NCBI RefSeq assembly: GCF_009914755.1
Contig: NC_060925.1
Length of the DNA stretch: 64,000 nt
Direction: 5' to 3' (one strand)
Source: the human T2T-CHM13v2.0 reference genome, Homo sapiens
Below the pieces are notes generated by a model that had not been told where the DNA came from, made no database searches, and saw only the letters and a list, made by a program, of their open reading frames with translations. How positions within the stretch are numbered: position 1 is the stretch's first letter; each line of letters starts with the position of its first letter. The translations under genes were made by a program, and so were the position numbers. This document shows, one piece after another, positions 15,832-32,706 of this stretch.

Positions 15832-17228
15832 TCATTAGAGCAAAAACTGGCTACTCCTAAGAGTAGTGAGTTCTCCATTCATGGAGGTGTGCAAATTTTC
15901 ACATATACTAACTTATTGATCTTTCCCATTTCCAAGAACCCTATGGAGTCTTTAGGGTTCTCCCCTCTGATCTCCCTGGCTTCCCCCCAGCCTGCAAACT
16001 CCCTTTTCTCCCCCTCCATTTTTCTGGGCCACGCTTTCAGCTTTTTTTCAATAAGACAAATCCAAGTCTATCTCAGAAGTCTAAAGTGTGTACGTCTGCT
16101 CACACATATAATTTTACTATGAGATAGTTTATCAGTCCTGAATGTATATTTAGTGACAAGCTTGGCTAATCTTTCATCTAATTACACTCATTAACATTTA
16201 AATGTATAATCATTAATATATCTGAGAATGGCGGTCTAAATATTTTATAGAGGTCTTAATTACAGTAGATTTCCAGTCTTGCCATAAAACTCTCGCACCC
16301 CTCCAATTAACGGGATGGCATCAGGTAGCTCCAGGGCCCTGGCTGGGGGTTGGTGGTGGCCAGGGTCTCTCACTTTCTGGTTACAGGAGAAGACAAGAAA
16401 ATTGTTCTCTGTGATTTTTTTTTTGCTGCCACGCCTCTGTCTGCAGCCGTCATGGGGTCCCCTGGAAGAGGGAAAAATCAAAGACAGGATCACAAAAATT
16501 GAAAATAATAATTGTTGCTGCAGAGACTTTAGGGAGTTGATTTAAAAAAAAAAAAAAACACTCCTTTCTTCCTCTACTAAATTAGGAAGTAGTTGTGGGG
16601 GTCTCACAGAAGTCAGACAAGCAAAGATCACAGTGTTTTGTGACCGAAAGGGGGTCTGAGATCATGGCTGGGATCCTGGGCCACGGTGTCTGGTTGATGC
16701 TGAATGCCAGAAGTAGACAGACTTACCCACCTGGACTGGCACAGGCGGGCAGCCACAGCCCCCCAGCAGCTGCCCTCCCCTCCCATTAACAGCTGTCTTC
16801 ACACCTTTGAAATCTCTGTGGATTCTAAAGCTCATCTTCAGATATCGTTTCCACCTGTGAGGTTGCTAGGTTGTTATTGTGCCCATTTCACAGAGTTAAA
16901 CACTGAGGCCCTGAGAAGTTGCTGGATGTCCTGAAGGCACATGGCGGGCGGGAGGCTGAGCAGGACCTGAATCCTTAGTGACCTGCTGTGAGTCCCAGCC
17001 AGACTGAGACTCATCTTATCCCAGCAGCCATACTGGGTCTGTGAGAGGACCTGGCATGTACCTCCACACCTTCCAGGGACAACTGGGGCCTGTGGCCTCC
17101 AGGGTGATGAAAGGCCTTGCAGGGTGGGACCACCAGGCTCCACTGCTCCCCACTGCACCCCCATTCCATGCCCAGGTCCAGCATCTGCCCCAGCCTTGCT
17201 ACACCAGGGACTGCCTACCTGGATATGA

Positions 17229-17661
<433 letters not shown>

Positions 17662-18214
17662 TGATGGCATTACCTCTCAGGATTGCTTTGAGGAAAATTT
17701 GAGTGAAAACATGCAAGGTGTAGAATAATACCCACCCCATAGGAATCACTCAATAAATGCTGACTACGGCTGTTACTGTGGTGATTGTTATCATCGGTTA
17801 TCATTGCTGTTGTCATTATTAGTGCTGGGGAAGCCACCACCTTTCATCATGCCAAGTACTGCCTGGCACCTCCATGAATGTCCTCCCCCTTAACTAACCA
17901 CAGTAACACACGGACAGCGTTGTCGTGGCCTGTGCAGGACTGAGCTGGACTTGAACCCAGGACCAACCCCACAGCTCATCTTCCTTCCCCAGCCCCAGGG
18001 GCCCTGGGGACTCACAGTGGGAACAACGCCTACCTTGCCCACACCTGGAGCTGCCCTGCCTCACTGCTACCCCAGGCGGGTGTCTACTGACGTCATGGGG
18101 ACCCACAGCCCTCCAGGTGATACAAGCTGGGTTACCGCATTCCCCACACACTAGTCACTGTTCCGAGGGCATTGCATATACAAAACCAGTGCTATGAGGT
18201 GGATGCTGTTTCTA

Positions 18215-18730
18215 AAAGCTTTTAATTAAAGGATCACATAATACTCACATAATACATGAATCTCAAGTTTATATCTTGGAGAATTTTTACAAACTGAATA
18301 TACTGTGTAATCAGCACCCAGATCAAGAATAGGACCTCATTCGCTTCCCAGAAGCCCTCCTGTGCACCTTTCTTGCCACTATCCCCCTCCGAAGGTAGCC
18401 TGTCGCTGACTTCTAGCCATGGAGATTAATTCTGCCCCTCTTGCATCGTCTCTTCTTAGCACTGTTTACAGTATATACTCATCTGTGTCTGGCTCCAGAA
18501 GCGCGACACTCGGTCCGTGTGGCTCTTCTGCGTCACGCGTGGCCATCGTTCATTCATTCTCACCAGGTCAAGCCATCCACCATGTGAAGGGATCACAGTG
18601 GCTGCGGCCATTCTCCTGATCAAGGGTGTCTGGGGAGTTTCTAGTTTGGAGCTTTTACAAATAGGGCCGCTGTGAACTTTTTCGTGCAGGTGAACGCACA
18701 GATGCAGGCCTTTCAGACATATACCCAGGT
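18215..18730 (-). mobile_element. Old L1M 3' fragment
   Basis: gtgtaatcagcacccagatcaagaatag...ccagaagccctcc. Confidence 0.6.
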
Positions 18731-19764
18731 AGGAACTCTTTTCATTCCTTTTACAGATGGCAAAAACGCTGGCATGATGTGACTTGCCCCAGGTCCCCCC
18801 ACATCACTCTAGGGAGCGGCAGAGCTGGATGTGAACCCAGATTGTCTGGCTCCGGGTTCTCACTCGTGAGCTCTGCTCTCTGCAGCCTCTCTCCTCTCTT
18901 GTAAACTTTTCTGGGAAAAGGCTGCTGCCTGCATCTGCCTTCAACAACCCTGCTGTGTCTCTGTTACGCAGCAGGGGTGAGACCAGTCCATATCACTAGG
19001 CACCCAGGGCAGCTTCCCGATGGACAGTCTTGAGTAGGACACCAAAACCCAGAGAGGGTGCCTGAGTTCCCAAGGCCACACAGCATGCAGGTTTGCACCC
19101 CACTGTCCTGCCTCCCTGTCCACCGGCCATTCCCTGCTCCATGCTGCCTCTTCCTCCTTTCTCAAGACCGAGCCCAGGCCATTATCTTGCCTGCATACGA
19201 CCTCACACACCCACACAAGCCTTTAAAAATAGTCCTCGTTGTGTGGGGCATGGGGCCTGAGGCTGATATTGCATTTCCAGAAATCTCCATTTCCCCCTCC
19301 CGCTTCAACCTAGGGAATGTCCGTGTTCCGGGCCCATTCCCTGCCACTATTTTTAGTGGTGATTGGGAGGAAGGAGGACATTTCCTGGACTCCCCTTCAG
19401 AGGCTGGAAAACAAACACCACCCGCTCCCAGTCCCGGCCCCTCCCATTTCCCTCCTGCTGGTATACCTTGGCCTCCTGTCTCCCTCGGGGAGGAGCAGGC
19501 AGTGGGGGCCTGCTTCCCGGGGCCCTCCGCCCTCCTGGCTTCCAGGTGACCTCTGAGCTCTTCCAGGGGCAGTCCTGAGCCGGGGTGGTGGCAGGGACAG
19601 TGTGCCCTGCGTGCAGTTAGCACCCTGAAGCCTGCAGAGGGCCCCTGTGGCTCCCTGCAGTCCCTCTTATGACGGACACTCTGTCTGCAGGTTTCGGTCC
19701 CCTCCCTGGGACCGGCCTAGCTGTTTCCAGCCCTTTCTCATTGGAAGCCCTGGCTCCTGGCATC

Positions 19765-20080
19765 TGTATGAGTTCGTTTTCATGCTGCTGATAAAGACAT
19801 ACCCGAGACTAGGACATTTACAAAGAAAAAGAGGTTGGGGAGGCCTCATAATCATGGCGGAAGGCAAAAGGCACTTCTTACATGGTGGCAGCAAGATAGA
19901 GCATGAGAGCCAGGGGAAAACCATCAGATCTCGTGAGACTTATTCACTGCCATGAGAACAGTACAGGGAAAACTGCCCCCAGGATTCAATTACCTTCTAC
20001 CATGTCTCTCCCATAACACGTGGGAATTAGGGGAGCTACAATTCAAGATGAGATTTGGGTGGGGACACAGCCAAGCCTCA
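19765..20080 (-). mobile_element. THE1 solo LTR
   Basis: gctgataaagacatacccgagact...caagatgagatttgggtggggacacagccaa. Confidence 0.9.
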
Positions 20081-21229
20081 TGCATCCATGCCTGAGGCAG
20101 AGGCTCTCCAGATGGCCAGGACGGGCCATGCACCCCCCTCCCTCCCATCACTTCCCTGCCCTGGCTCCAAACGGGTCTATCCAGTGGTCTTGCAGCTCTG
20201 CTGAGAACCACGCCCGCACCCCGCCCCAGGGTGCTGCTTCCTTCTCAAGAGTCTGCCCAGTCCAGCCTGAGCCTCTCTGGCTGTTAGGCAGTCACTCTGC
20301 ATGGTTAACCGGAGTTTTGCGGTTGGGGAGCTTTTGCTCTCATTCAATACGCATTATTCAATACTATTATCCCCATTTGACCGTGAGGCAAAAGGCACTT
20401 ACCCAAGGTCACAACAAGCAAATGGTAGGGCCAGGCTGAGAGTCCAGGCCTCTGTCTGTAGAGCCTGGTCCCTCAGCCATGGATGGGCCCAAGTCTCTCC
20501 TGCTCCCTCTTCCGTGGACACTCACTCAGGTCAGCAGTCAGCACCCAGCCGAGCCCACAGACATGGCTGGACTTGTGATCAGTTGCCAATGTGGAAACAT
20601 TGGGAGACATTTAAGGCATGGGAAGTAGCCATCACCTGGAGTTGGGAATTTTCTCAAAACTTTGGGAGGCCTGGCATGACTGGGCCACATTCGGTCAGTC
20701 ACCCCCTCTAGGTGGGGTTGGTGTTCTAGGTCCCCGCTCATGCACCTGTCTGACTCATGATCCCTGGTAGGCTCTGTGCACAGCTGCGGGTTCTACCTGG
20801 ATGGTCCTGGGTCCCTCAGCTGGAGAACCAGGGAAGGGGCAGATTAGGATATTTGGAAATGGTGAGCACTGAGCCTCTGACAGCCTGCTTAAGCCCCCAG
20901 GTTACCTGTTAACCCTTTCCTTTACCTGCCAGGGGCTGTGCCGAATGCCAGCTCCTAGAAATAGCTGAGGCCCAGGCCCTGCCTTCAGGTGGCCTCTAGG
21001 CTAGTCTTAGGGGTGGGTAGGTCCTGAGCTGGGGGTCTGGTTTCCAGGCTGCTAGTGCGGATTCCTGTAGGGCCGGGTAGTGGATGGGCAAGGCCATGAT
21101 CACGCTTAGCATGAGCTGTGGGCTTAGAAATCCAGGAACAAGCTGCATTGAATTCTCAGCAGGTTATGGGGTAGGGGAGTCTTCAGGGGAAAGGAGGAGG
21201 TGCTTGCTTCAGTGAACATTTCCCACGAT

Positions 21230-22490
21230 AAACACAGAATACACAGTGTTAAGTTGGTGGCCAGTTCAAAGGAAAACAAAGAACAGGGAAGGGTGTCCAG
21301 GGAAGAGGTTGCCGAGAAAGGCATGTTTGAATAAAGAGGAGATGGGAGGAAGTGAGACACGTGGGTAGGAGGGGGAAGGAAGGAGGGCCTTCCAGGCAGA
21401 GGGAACAGCTCATGCAGAGGTCCCGAGGAAGGAGGCCAGTGCATGGACAGCCAGGAGGCCAGGGCAGCTTCCCCGGAATGTGAGCTGGGGGAGGATGGGT
21501 ACAGGACCTGGAGACAGATCTTGGGGGGGTCCTTGTAGACCATTGGAAGGACTTTGCGCTCCCCCTTGATGGGGACAGGAGTTGTGGGAGAGAAGCAGAG
21601 AAGTGACATGGTCTGAGCTGCCTTTTAAGGGGACAGCTCCATGGCAGGATTGATATCTACTGAAGGGTTGGAAAACCAGTTAGGAGACTACCGTGTGACC
21701 CAGATATGGGGGTGGGGGTGGGGACACAGCCCGGGTGGGTGAGCAGGGTAGTGACTGAGGAGTGGTAAAAAGGGCCCAGGTCCTGGTGCCATGTTGAAGG
21801 CAGAGCTGGCGTGGTCGGCTGATTAATTGGGGGTGGAGTATGAGAAAAGTTTGGGGGGGTGGTCAAGGAAGATTCCAGAGTTTAAGGCCAGAGCAACAGG
21901 AAGGCTAAGGCCACTGTGAACTGAGTTTGAGGGCACTGAGAAGAGCAGATTCTTGGGGACTGGTCAGGGACTATCTTGGATGTGTTAGGTTTGAGTTGCT
22001 TTTAGAGGTTCAAGCAGAGGTGTGGATGCTCTGGGCTCTGGGTCTGGAGTTCAGGGATGAGGTCCAGGCTGAAGCCTGTGGTTGGACTGAAGCCACCAAT
22101 GCCCAGAGGTCAGAAGGGAACAGAGTCCAAAACGGAGCAGGCAGAAATGAGAGGAAACCAGGAACACGGGCCCTGGAGGTCAAGCGAAGACTTGTCATCA
22201 CCTGCATCGCCTGCTGGAGGCAGAGCTCATCAGATGGAGAATGTGGATTCACACTCAGAGGTCGTTGGCGACCGGCATGGAAAAGCCAGAGCCGGTCCCA
22301 GAGAGGATGGTGGGAAGGAAATGGAGACGGTGATACGGTCAACCCTTTTGAACATTTTTGTTCCAAAAGGAAGAAGAGAAATGGAATGAGAGCTGGAGAG
22401 GGACATGGGATCAAATGAAGGTTTTCTGTGAAAGATGTGAGAGAGAATTGCATGTTCCAATGATGCTGAGAAAAATTCAATAGAGGGCAC
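21230..22490 (-). mobile_element. L2 fragment(s)
   Basis: ccaggcagagggaacagc..., ggactttg..., gaggtccaggctgaag are typical antisense L2 motifs. Confidence 0.7.
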
Positions 22491-23785
22491 ATGCCAAGTG
22501 CAAAGAACTCAGATGGTCCGAGGAGCCTCTTGTAGAAAAGGGGAGGCCTCAGTTTCCAGCGGAGGGAAGGCACAGCAGCAGCCAGGCTAATAGCGGGAGA
22601 GCCTGGTAGGGGAAGTGACCCTCACACTCCTGGACCTGGGGTCTCACCTCTGTGGGAAGCACAATGTCTGGGGTCTTTCCCCAGCCCTGGGCACCTTAAA
22701 ATTTGAGCACTCTGGATTAGCAGAAACTTTGGTCCACTTGAGTCTTCTCATTCCTGGCTGGGATGTGGACACAGTTCACCAAGCCCAAGGCAGCTTAATA
22801 AGAACTTCAGCCATGCCGTGGCCAGCTCCGAGATCACCAGGACTGATGCTCAGGGTTCTGTCAGGAGGCACAGGGAAATCAGCATGGCCTGTCCCTCCCA
22901 GGGAGGGCAAGAGGGGACAGGCAAAGAAAAACAAGATGTCCTCTGCCCTCATGGCACAGGATCCTGCTGTCCCTGGGGCTGTCCACCTAATTCAGTCATT
23001 CATTTGAAAGTCACTATTTCCTGAGCACTTACTATGTGCCAGGCACTGCTGTCGTTGTGGAGGATACAGCAGTGAACAGGACAGACCAGGTCCCTGCCCT
23101 CCAGGAACTTAATATCACAGGTTGGGAGTGGACATGAAAATAAGTAAACTCATTAATCCTTCACTTACCTTTGGCCCAGGTGAGGGAAATAAAGTCTGCT
23201 CTTTCACCCTTAAGCATGCTGTTTGGAGTTTTTTTGCCACCATCTCACTGGTGTGAATAGACTCATTTTCTACCAGTTGAGAAAATTGGTTCTCACTTTT
23301 TTGGTTAAGTAGAATTGCCCTTGGTTCCATGGAGTATGCTGGTAATTGGCACAGCGCTGACCAGAATAGTTCTCAAACATGCCAGCCCTGATCAGGCACT
23401 ACTGGCATCTGCCTCCCTGTCAGGGGCAGAGCTGGCAAACCTGCCCTGTTTCCCTCCCGTGCCATGGCAGACATCCCTAATCAACCCAGCTTCCTAGGGA
23501 GCCTAGTTGATTAGTCGTGTCTTCCCTGGCGTGTTACTGGAAAATAAGAAGCTATTCCAGATATTTGCCTTTCCTGCCCCAGGCAGGAGGTTGGAAGGGT
23601 CATGCTGACTAACTTTCCAGGGTGCACTTGGAGAGAGAGTCTATGGGTCATCTGGAAAGATCATGGGCCTGAGCGACAAAGTTCTGGGATCAAGTTCCAG
23701 GTCAGCCACTTGTTGGCTGCGCGAGCCGGTCAACCCACTTCACCTCGTGGTAAGAAGATAAAGGAAATTAACATTGTGGGGAGCA

Positions 23786-23871
23786 GACTGGGCGCAGTGG
23801 CTCAGGCCTGTAATCCCAGCACTTTGGGAGGCCAAGGCGGGCGGATCACTTGAGGTCAGGAGTTCAAGACC
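23786..23871 (+). mobile_element. Alu 5' fragment (about 85 nt, no tail)
   Basis: Alu left arm stops abruptly after gagttcaagacc. Confidence 0.9.
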
Positions 23872-24597
23872 TGAGCACCACCTGATGTGACGAGAACCTG
23901 ATTAACCTTTATAAAGCAGGTTAAACTTTAACCTCTTCCGAACTCACCTTACTCATCTTTGAAACGGAAAAAAAAACAAATAAACTGCTGTCCGCCCATC
24001 CCAGGACCATAAATTTGTGGCCTTGAACTTGCTGCCCTCGACTGGCCCTTTCCTTCTCCCTGACCTGGGTCTCTTCCCCGGGGCTCTTTACTTGGAAACC
24101 TGCCTATTGCTCAAGTCAGCCTGTATTTTCTGGGGCCTCCTAGAGCCTGAGCTCAGGCCTGGGAGCCACGGGGAGCTGGAAGATAGGAAGAGAGGTTAAC
24201 ACTGAGCACCTGCTGTATGCAGCTGAGCTCTGTCCTGGGTCCTGTCACATAGAGCCTTGCCAGGTGGAGACGATCATGCACAGCTTAACAGCTGGGGATA
24301 GGGAAGCTCAGAGAAGTTGCATGTGGGGTCTCAGGCCCCGCAGCTGCTAAGGAGCAAGTGACAAAGGTGAGGTCTGTTGGGATTTCAGAAGCTAAAAGGA
24401 AGCTCACAGACTCCAACACCCTCATTATGCTGGGGGAAAACCGAGGCTTAGAGCGGGGGAAAAAAGCAGCACCAGAACCTGGGACCCCCACCCCCAACTC
24501 TGAAGCTGTGTCTTTCTGAGGTTCTCGTCTCCCAAAATGCTCAAGGTCAGCACCCCACAGTCACTCAAGACCAGATAGCTTGTCCCTATGGCAGAAA

Positions 24598-24939
24598 TGA
24601 TTCAGCCCTCTGGATCCATGGGTTCCACATCGATGAATTCAACCAACCAAGGATCGAAAATAATTTGGAAAAAAAAAAATGGATAGTTGTGCCTGTACTG
24701 AATATGCACAAGACATATTTCTTATCATTTTTCTCTAAACAATGCAGTGTAACAACTACTTACATAGCATCTACATTGTATAAAGTATTATAGGTAATTT
24801 AGAGATGATTTACAGTACACGGGAGGACGTGTGTAGATAATTTGCAAATACTATGTTTCATCGGGGACTTGAGCATCGGTGGATTTTGGTATTTGGGGGA
24901 GCTCCTGGAACCAATGCCACACAATACCAAGGTTGACTG
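24598..24939. mobile_element. MER2 (TcMar-Tigger) DNA transposon
   Basis: gccctc...ccatgggttccacatc...ttcaaccaacc ... ggaaccaat...gactg. Confidence 0.85.
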
Positions 24940-24981
24940 TACTGTCAGCTGCCGTCTACAGATGAGGAAACTGAGGCTTAA

Positions 24982-25327
<346 letters not shown>

Positions 25328-25893
25328 CCAAGCCAGTGCTTCTAACTCAGCTGCCTTGGCCTAAGAGTTGGGAGACCTCAGCTGACTCTCTGTGCATTGG
25401 GCATTCTTGCCTCGTCTCTGGGCCTCAGTTTCCCCATCTGTAAAGGGAAGCTGAGCTAGAAGAACTCCGAGAGCCTCACATTCTGATGGGTGTTTATTAG
25501 AAGTTCAAGTTTGCCAGATTGGTTTGCCAGGCTTTCTGGCCCTTACCTGCCCACCCCTCATTTCGCAGAATGTAGTTCCTGAAGGTTCCATGGGTCAGGA
25601 ACATTGCATGGAAAAGAAAGGGGGGCCCCCTGCTGGCAGCAGCTGGGATCGTCTGACGTGGACCGATTCCTCCCTCCTCACCTCTGAGCGCATGTTTGTC
25701 CAGGGTACACCCAGGCTGGAAATTTTTACAAGAGCTCCTGACCTTGCGACATCCAGGATTGGGCCCACAGTGGTTGTTTGTTTGTTTGTTTGTTTGAGAC
25801 GGAGTCTCGCTCCGTCCTGTCCCACATCTGGGTTAGGGGCTGTGGCATCCGAAGCCAGAGAAGGAAGAAAGGTCTGTGGTGGGAGCTTGAGGA

Positions 25894-26719
25894 CAAACTG
25901 AATGTCACCTCATTGTGTACCCGACAGAGCCCAGAGGCTCCTTTGTGTCGTTTTTAGTTTGTCTCCACTGGGCATTCATTCCTAAAGATTCAGCTTTTGT
26001 GTTGTCTCGGTCTTTCGCCTGGGAGGGCCCAGCTCAGAGACGTGCCATCATCGTGGGGCCACAGCTGGGCCCCTGGTTACACCCTGGTCTCAGGCATGCA
26101 TGTGGCCACCTCTGAGTTGGAAAAATAAGTGCCTCCCACACACCCTCCCTCCCACCTCCAGAGTCCCCACATTCCCAGGAGCGGGCTGGTCTCATTCCAT
26201 GATCCTGCAGGGCCTGCTGGGCGTGACATCACCAGTCACCATGGCAGTGGTTCCAGTGGCTTGGCTGCTGGAATAGGACCCGCGTGGGTGAGGCCAGATG
26301 ATTGGGAAGTCATGCAGAGCGCTGGGGAGCTAGGAGCTGAGTCAGGAGGCCAGTCCCAGAGAAACACAGCCATGCCTTGCAGGCTGGCAGCTCATCTTGC
26401 ATTAGGAGCATTTAGGGAACAGGTTTTGAAGGAGAGAAAAAAGCAGAGTTATGAGGAAGAAAGGAAGAGTTCCATTGCATCATTTTCATAGCTGTGTGTA
26501 GATTTTAAATTATTTCTTGGGGGCCCATCGCACCAGCCTCCTTGTTTGTGTAGAGTTGCAGCACCTGCCATGTGCAAACTGGATGTCGCCTCCTTGTGTA
26601 CACGACAGAACTTGTGGCACCTTTGTGTTATTTGTAGTTGTTCTTCACCTGGCATTCATTCCTAAAGATTCAGTTTTTGTGTTGTCTTGGTCATTAGCCT
26701 GGCAGAGTCCAGCCCAGAG
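25894..26719. repeat. Dispersed direct duplication of about 146 bp (25894-26039 and 26575-26719, ~82% identity)
   Basis: Manual alignment; identical core ggcattcattcctaaagattcag. Confidence 0.9.
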
Positions 26720-26809
26720 GTGGGCAGAGCGAGGAGCGCCCGTGGAAAAGAACCATGAAGTGAAGCCTCATGGGAGAGGGTAGCAGCATGACTCACAGCC
26801 TGCCCTGGT

Positions 26810-27110
26810 GTGTCTGTTAGGAATGTGCTGGGCTGCATGTAACAATAAACCCCCAAAATATTGGGGTTTGTTATTCTCCTGCTGTAAGGCATCCCCGGCT
26901 GGGTGGTACCATCGGGGACCCTGGCCTCTTCTGTTTTTCTTTCTCCTCCCCATTCTTAGCTCATATCTTCCATCCTTGTGCTCAAAAAAGGGCTTATAAA
27001 GAAAACTAGATTTCCCAGTGGGCATCTGTGTGCATCTTAATGGCCAGAACTGTGACACCTGCCGCTTGTAGCTGCAAGGGAGCTTGGGAAATTGAACATT
27101 TTAGGTGGAC
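26810..27110. mobile_element. Old MLT1 LTR fragment
   Basis: ggctgcatgtaaca... ; ggccagaactgtg...agctgcaagggagcttgggaaa. Confidence 0.55.
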
Positions 27111-28193
27111 ACATTCCCCACCAAACAGAATTGGAGCATCATGGTGAGGAGGAGGGTGGATGGTGCCAGTGCCAGCCATAGGTGTGAGTTTGTCTCCTCT
27201 ATGAGAGCGTCAGCCTCCCACAAGGCAGGAACCACGTCTGGCTCACTCCTGTCCTCACAGCAGCAAGCCTGGCGTACAGTAGGTGCTTAATTGAACTATT
27301 TGGGGAGAGCCGCAGGTCCCCTCTTAGGCAGAAGCGAATAATCTAAAGGCACAGGCTCAGCTCTTGCTCTCAGAGAGCCCCAGGTTAGATGCAGGAGGCA
27401 TAGCCTGCACCCCACCATGGAGGCAGCCCACACGTTGCACACGCAAAGCCAGGCACACGTACACACACCCCTTGGACTGCCGGATAAATGATAACAAGGA
27501 TGGAGCAGCAGGGAGACCCACAGAAGCCACAAGAGGCTGCACTGCACCCCCACAAAGGCCATTTGTGAGAGGAAAGGCCTGGGAATGCCATGTTGAGGTG
27601 CTGGGGGGGTTCCCCTCCCAAGGTCTCCAACTGCCAAGAGCAGAGTCTGGAGTTTGGTTCTCATGGAGATGTGGGTAATGTAGGAGGCAATTCAGAGCCT
27701 AGGCGGGCAGGGGTCATTCATTTCCAACCAGAAAGCAGAGGCATGATTTCCCTGCCAACCAGAGGGCAGCGGTGTAAATCCCCCAGGGAGCCCATGCGAC
27801 CTGCTGAGTAGCAGCTTCTTTCCACCGGAGCAGGAGGGCCCAGTGAGGCTCCAGGAAGCCACAGTGATAGCATGGCTGGGGTCAGCGCCCCTGCCCTCCA
27901 GGAGCCACTCCCCAAGCTCAGCAGTGCTCTCCTGCTACTCTCCAGCCCGCCAGCATGAAACCAGCCTGAAACTGAGTCAGGTACCCATTCCACCCCAGCT
28001 GTGCCATTAACCAGCTGTGTGGTCTTCGTTTCCCCCTCTGTGAGATGGGATGATAAAAATACTCACCCATGCACCTGCCTCTCCTAGGAGGGCGGCCAGG
28101 ATCCCATGCGCATGTGCAAATGGAAATTTCCCATTCATCAGCGACAGCGGGGCCCCGGCTCTTCCTTAAGGAGCCTTCTGACCGGGATGCATC

Positions 28194-28508
28194 TTTATTT
28201 TTATTTTGATTTTTATGTATTACTTTATTTTTTGAGACAGAGTGAGACTCTGTCTCCCAGGTGGGAGTACAGTGGTGCAATCTCGGCTCGCTGCAACCTC
28301 TGCCTCCAGGGTTCAAGCGATTCTTGTGCCTCAGCCTCTGGAGTAGCTGAGACTACAGGCACACGCCACCACGCCCGGCTAATTTTTGTATTTTTAGTAG
28401 AGACGGGGTTTCACATGTTGGCCAGGCTGGTCTCGAACTCCTGACCTCGAGTGCTCCGCTCGCCTCTCAAAGTGCTGGGATTACAGGCCTGAGCCACCGC
28501 GCCTGGTC
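28194..28508 (-). mobile_element. AluS
   Basis: Alu consensus; TSD at(g/a)catcttta. Confidence 0.92.
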
Positions 28509-29411
28509 ATACATCTTTAGATGTTGGGTCATCTTAATATGAGGTTCACCAGCAATGTGGTCGCATCATGTTAGGGGGCAGGGCACAAAACTAGCCTAGC
28601 TGTGCCGGGGCCTCCCACCCACTGCCTGAGGCCTGCAGGGCCCACCCGCTGCCTGGCAGGAGTGAAGCAGAAGAGTCCTCTTTCCATGGACTCTACCATC
28701 CCAGCCCTTTAAGGTTCCAGCCCAGCAGGCCTGGAATTCCGGCCCTGGTGACCTAAGCTGCTGCTCAGCCAAGCCAGGCAGGAGAGGACAGATCCAGCTG
28801 TGGGAGCCAGGAAGCTCAAAGCTGGAATTTAAACAGCTGCCTGAGACCTGGGGTCCCCACTGCGTGGGCCTCCTCCCCGTGGTGACATGGCCCAGCTGGC
28901 CTGCCTTCCACCTGGGGAGCTTATGTTGGACACTGGGCCAGGAGCTCAGATCCCTCCGTCCTTAGGCCATACCTGGTGTCTCCAGCTCTCTCATGTACAC
29001 AGGCTGAGTCTGCAGGATTGGACGTTCAGGACAAGATGGGATGGCACAGTCATTGCCATCCCATATTCTGCCCTCAGCTAGCCTTGGGGCTGGGGACCCT
29101 CCAGGTTTAGGGAGCTTCAATGTGGAGGCAGCAGAACATAGGGTCGGGTGTCGACTTTGGGGTCAGACATGGCTGCGTGATTTTAAACAAATGACCACTC
29201 TGGCCTTGTCAGGCTGGAAGTTTCCAGAGTCATAGAGTTGCTTTGCCTCCCTAACCCCCACCACCACCTCCACAACTCCAGACACAAGGAGGCTGTGGAG
29301 AGGGGTTAGCCTCAGAAACCCCTCCTTGGTATTCTCTCCAGGAAAAGGACGGAGTGCTAGGGGTCTGGGCAAAGGCCGTGGAGCCCACCCTGCAGTCAGA
29401 GGCTGCCCTGA

Positions 29412-29864
<453 letters not shown>

Positions 29865-29879
29865 CTTATTTTGTTTTGC

Positions 29880-32225
<2,346 letters not shown>

Positions 32226-32706
32226 CTTAGTGCATGTTTTTAACGTAATACTTCTCCCCACGGAAGAAAGGAGGCAGGAGGGGCTGTTGGGCTGGACTGA
32301 GTGGTTCCAGTGGACTCAGGGTGGCCCAGGGTTCCTTTTGAGAGGGAACTGAGGCCCTGTCCGATTCCTGAGCCATGGGCCCCTGGAGCCCACCAGGCCT
32401 CAGTTCTTCGTCATTGAACACTCAGCCAGCTTAGGGCTGGGAAAGCAGTTTCGACAACGACTTGCTCCCTGGTCAGATTGACACAGCTGAGAGGGGAGAA
32501 TCGGGGCTCTCGACATAGGTGAGCCTGGCTTGGAATCCTGGGAAGGCCACCAAGTGGCAAGGGCACATGGAAGGGACATTTCGTCTTTCTGAGCCCTGTT
32601 TTCTCACCTGTTACAAAGGTGACGGCGGTGATGCCACTTCTCAGCACTCAGGCATCTGGAGAGGACAGCTGGGGTCTTGGGAACTAACTCTCTCCTTTAT
32701 CCCCAG

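Noticed and set aside
27753-27771. CTCF-like tgccaaccagagggcagcg
   Set aside because: Mismatch at a normally invariant C of the core
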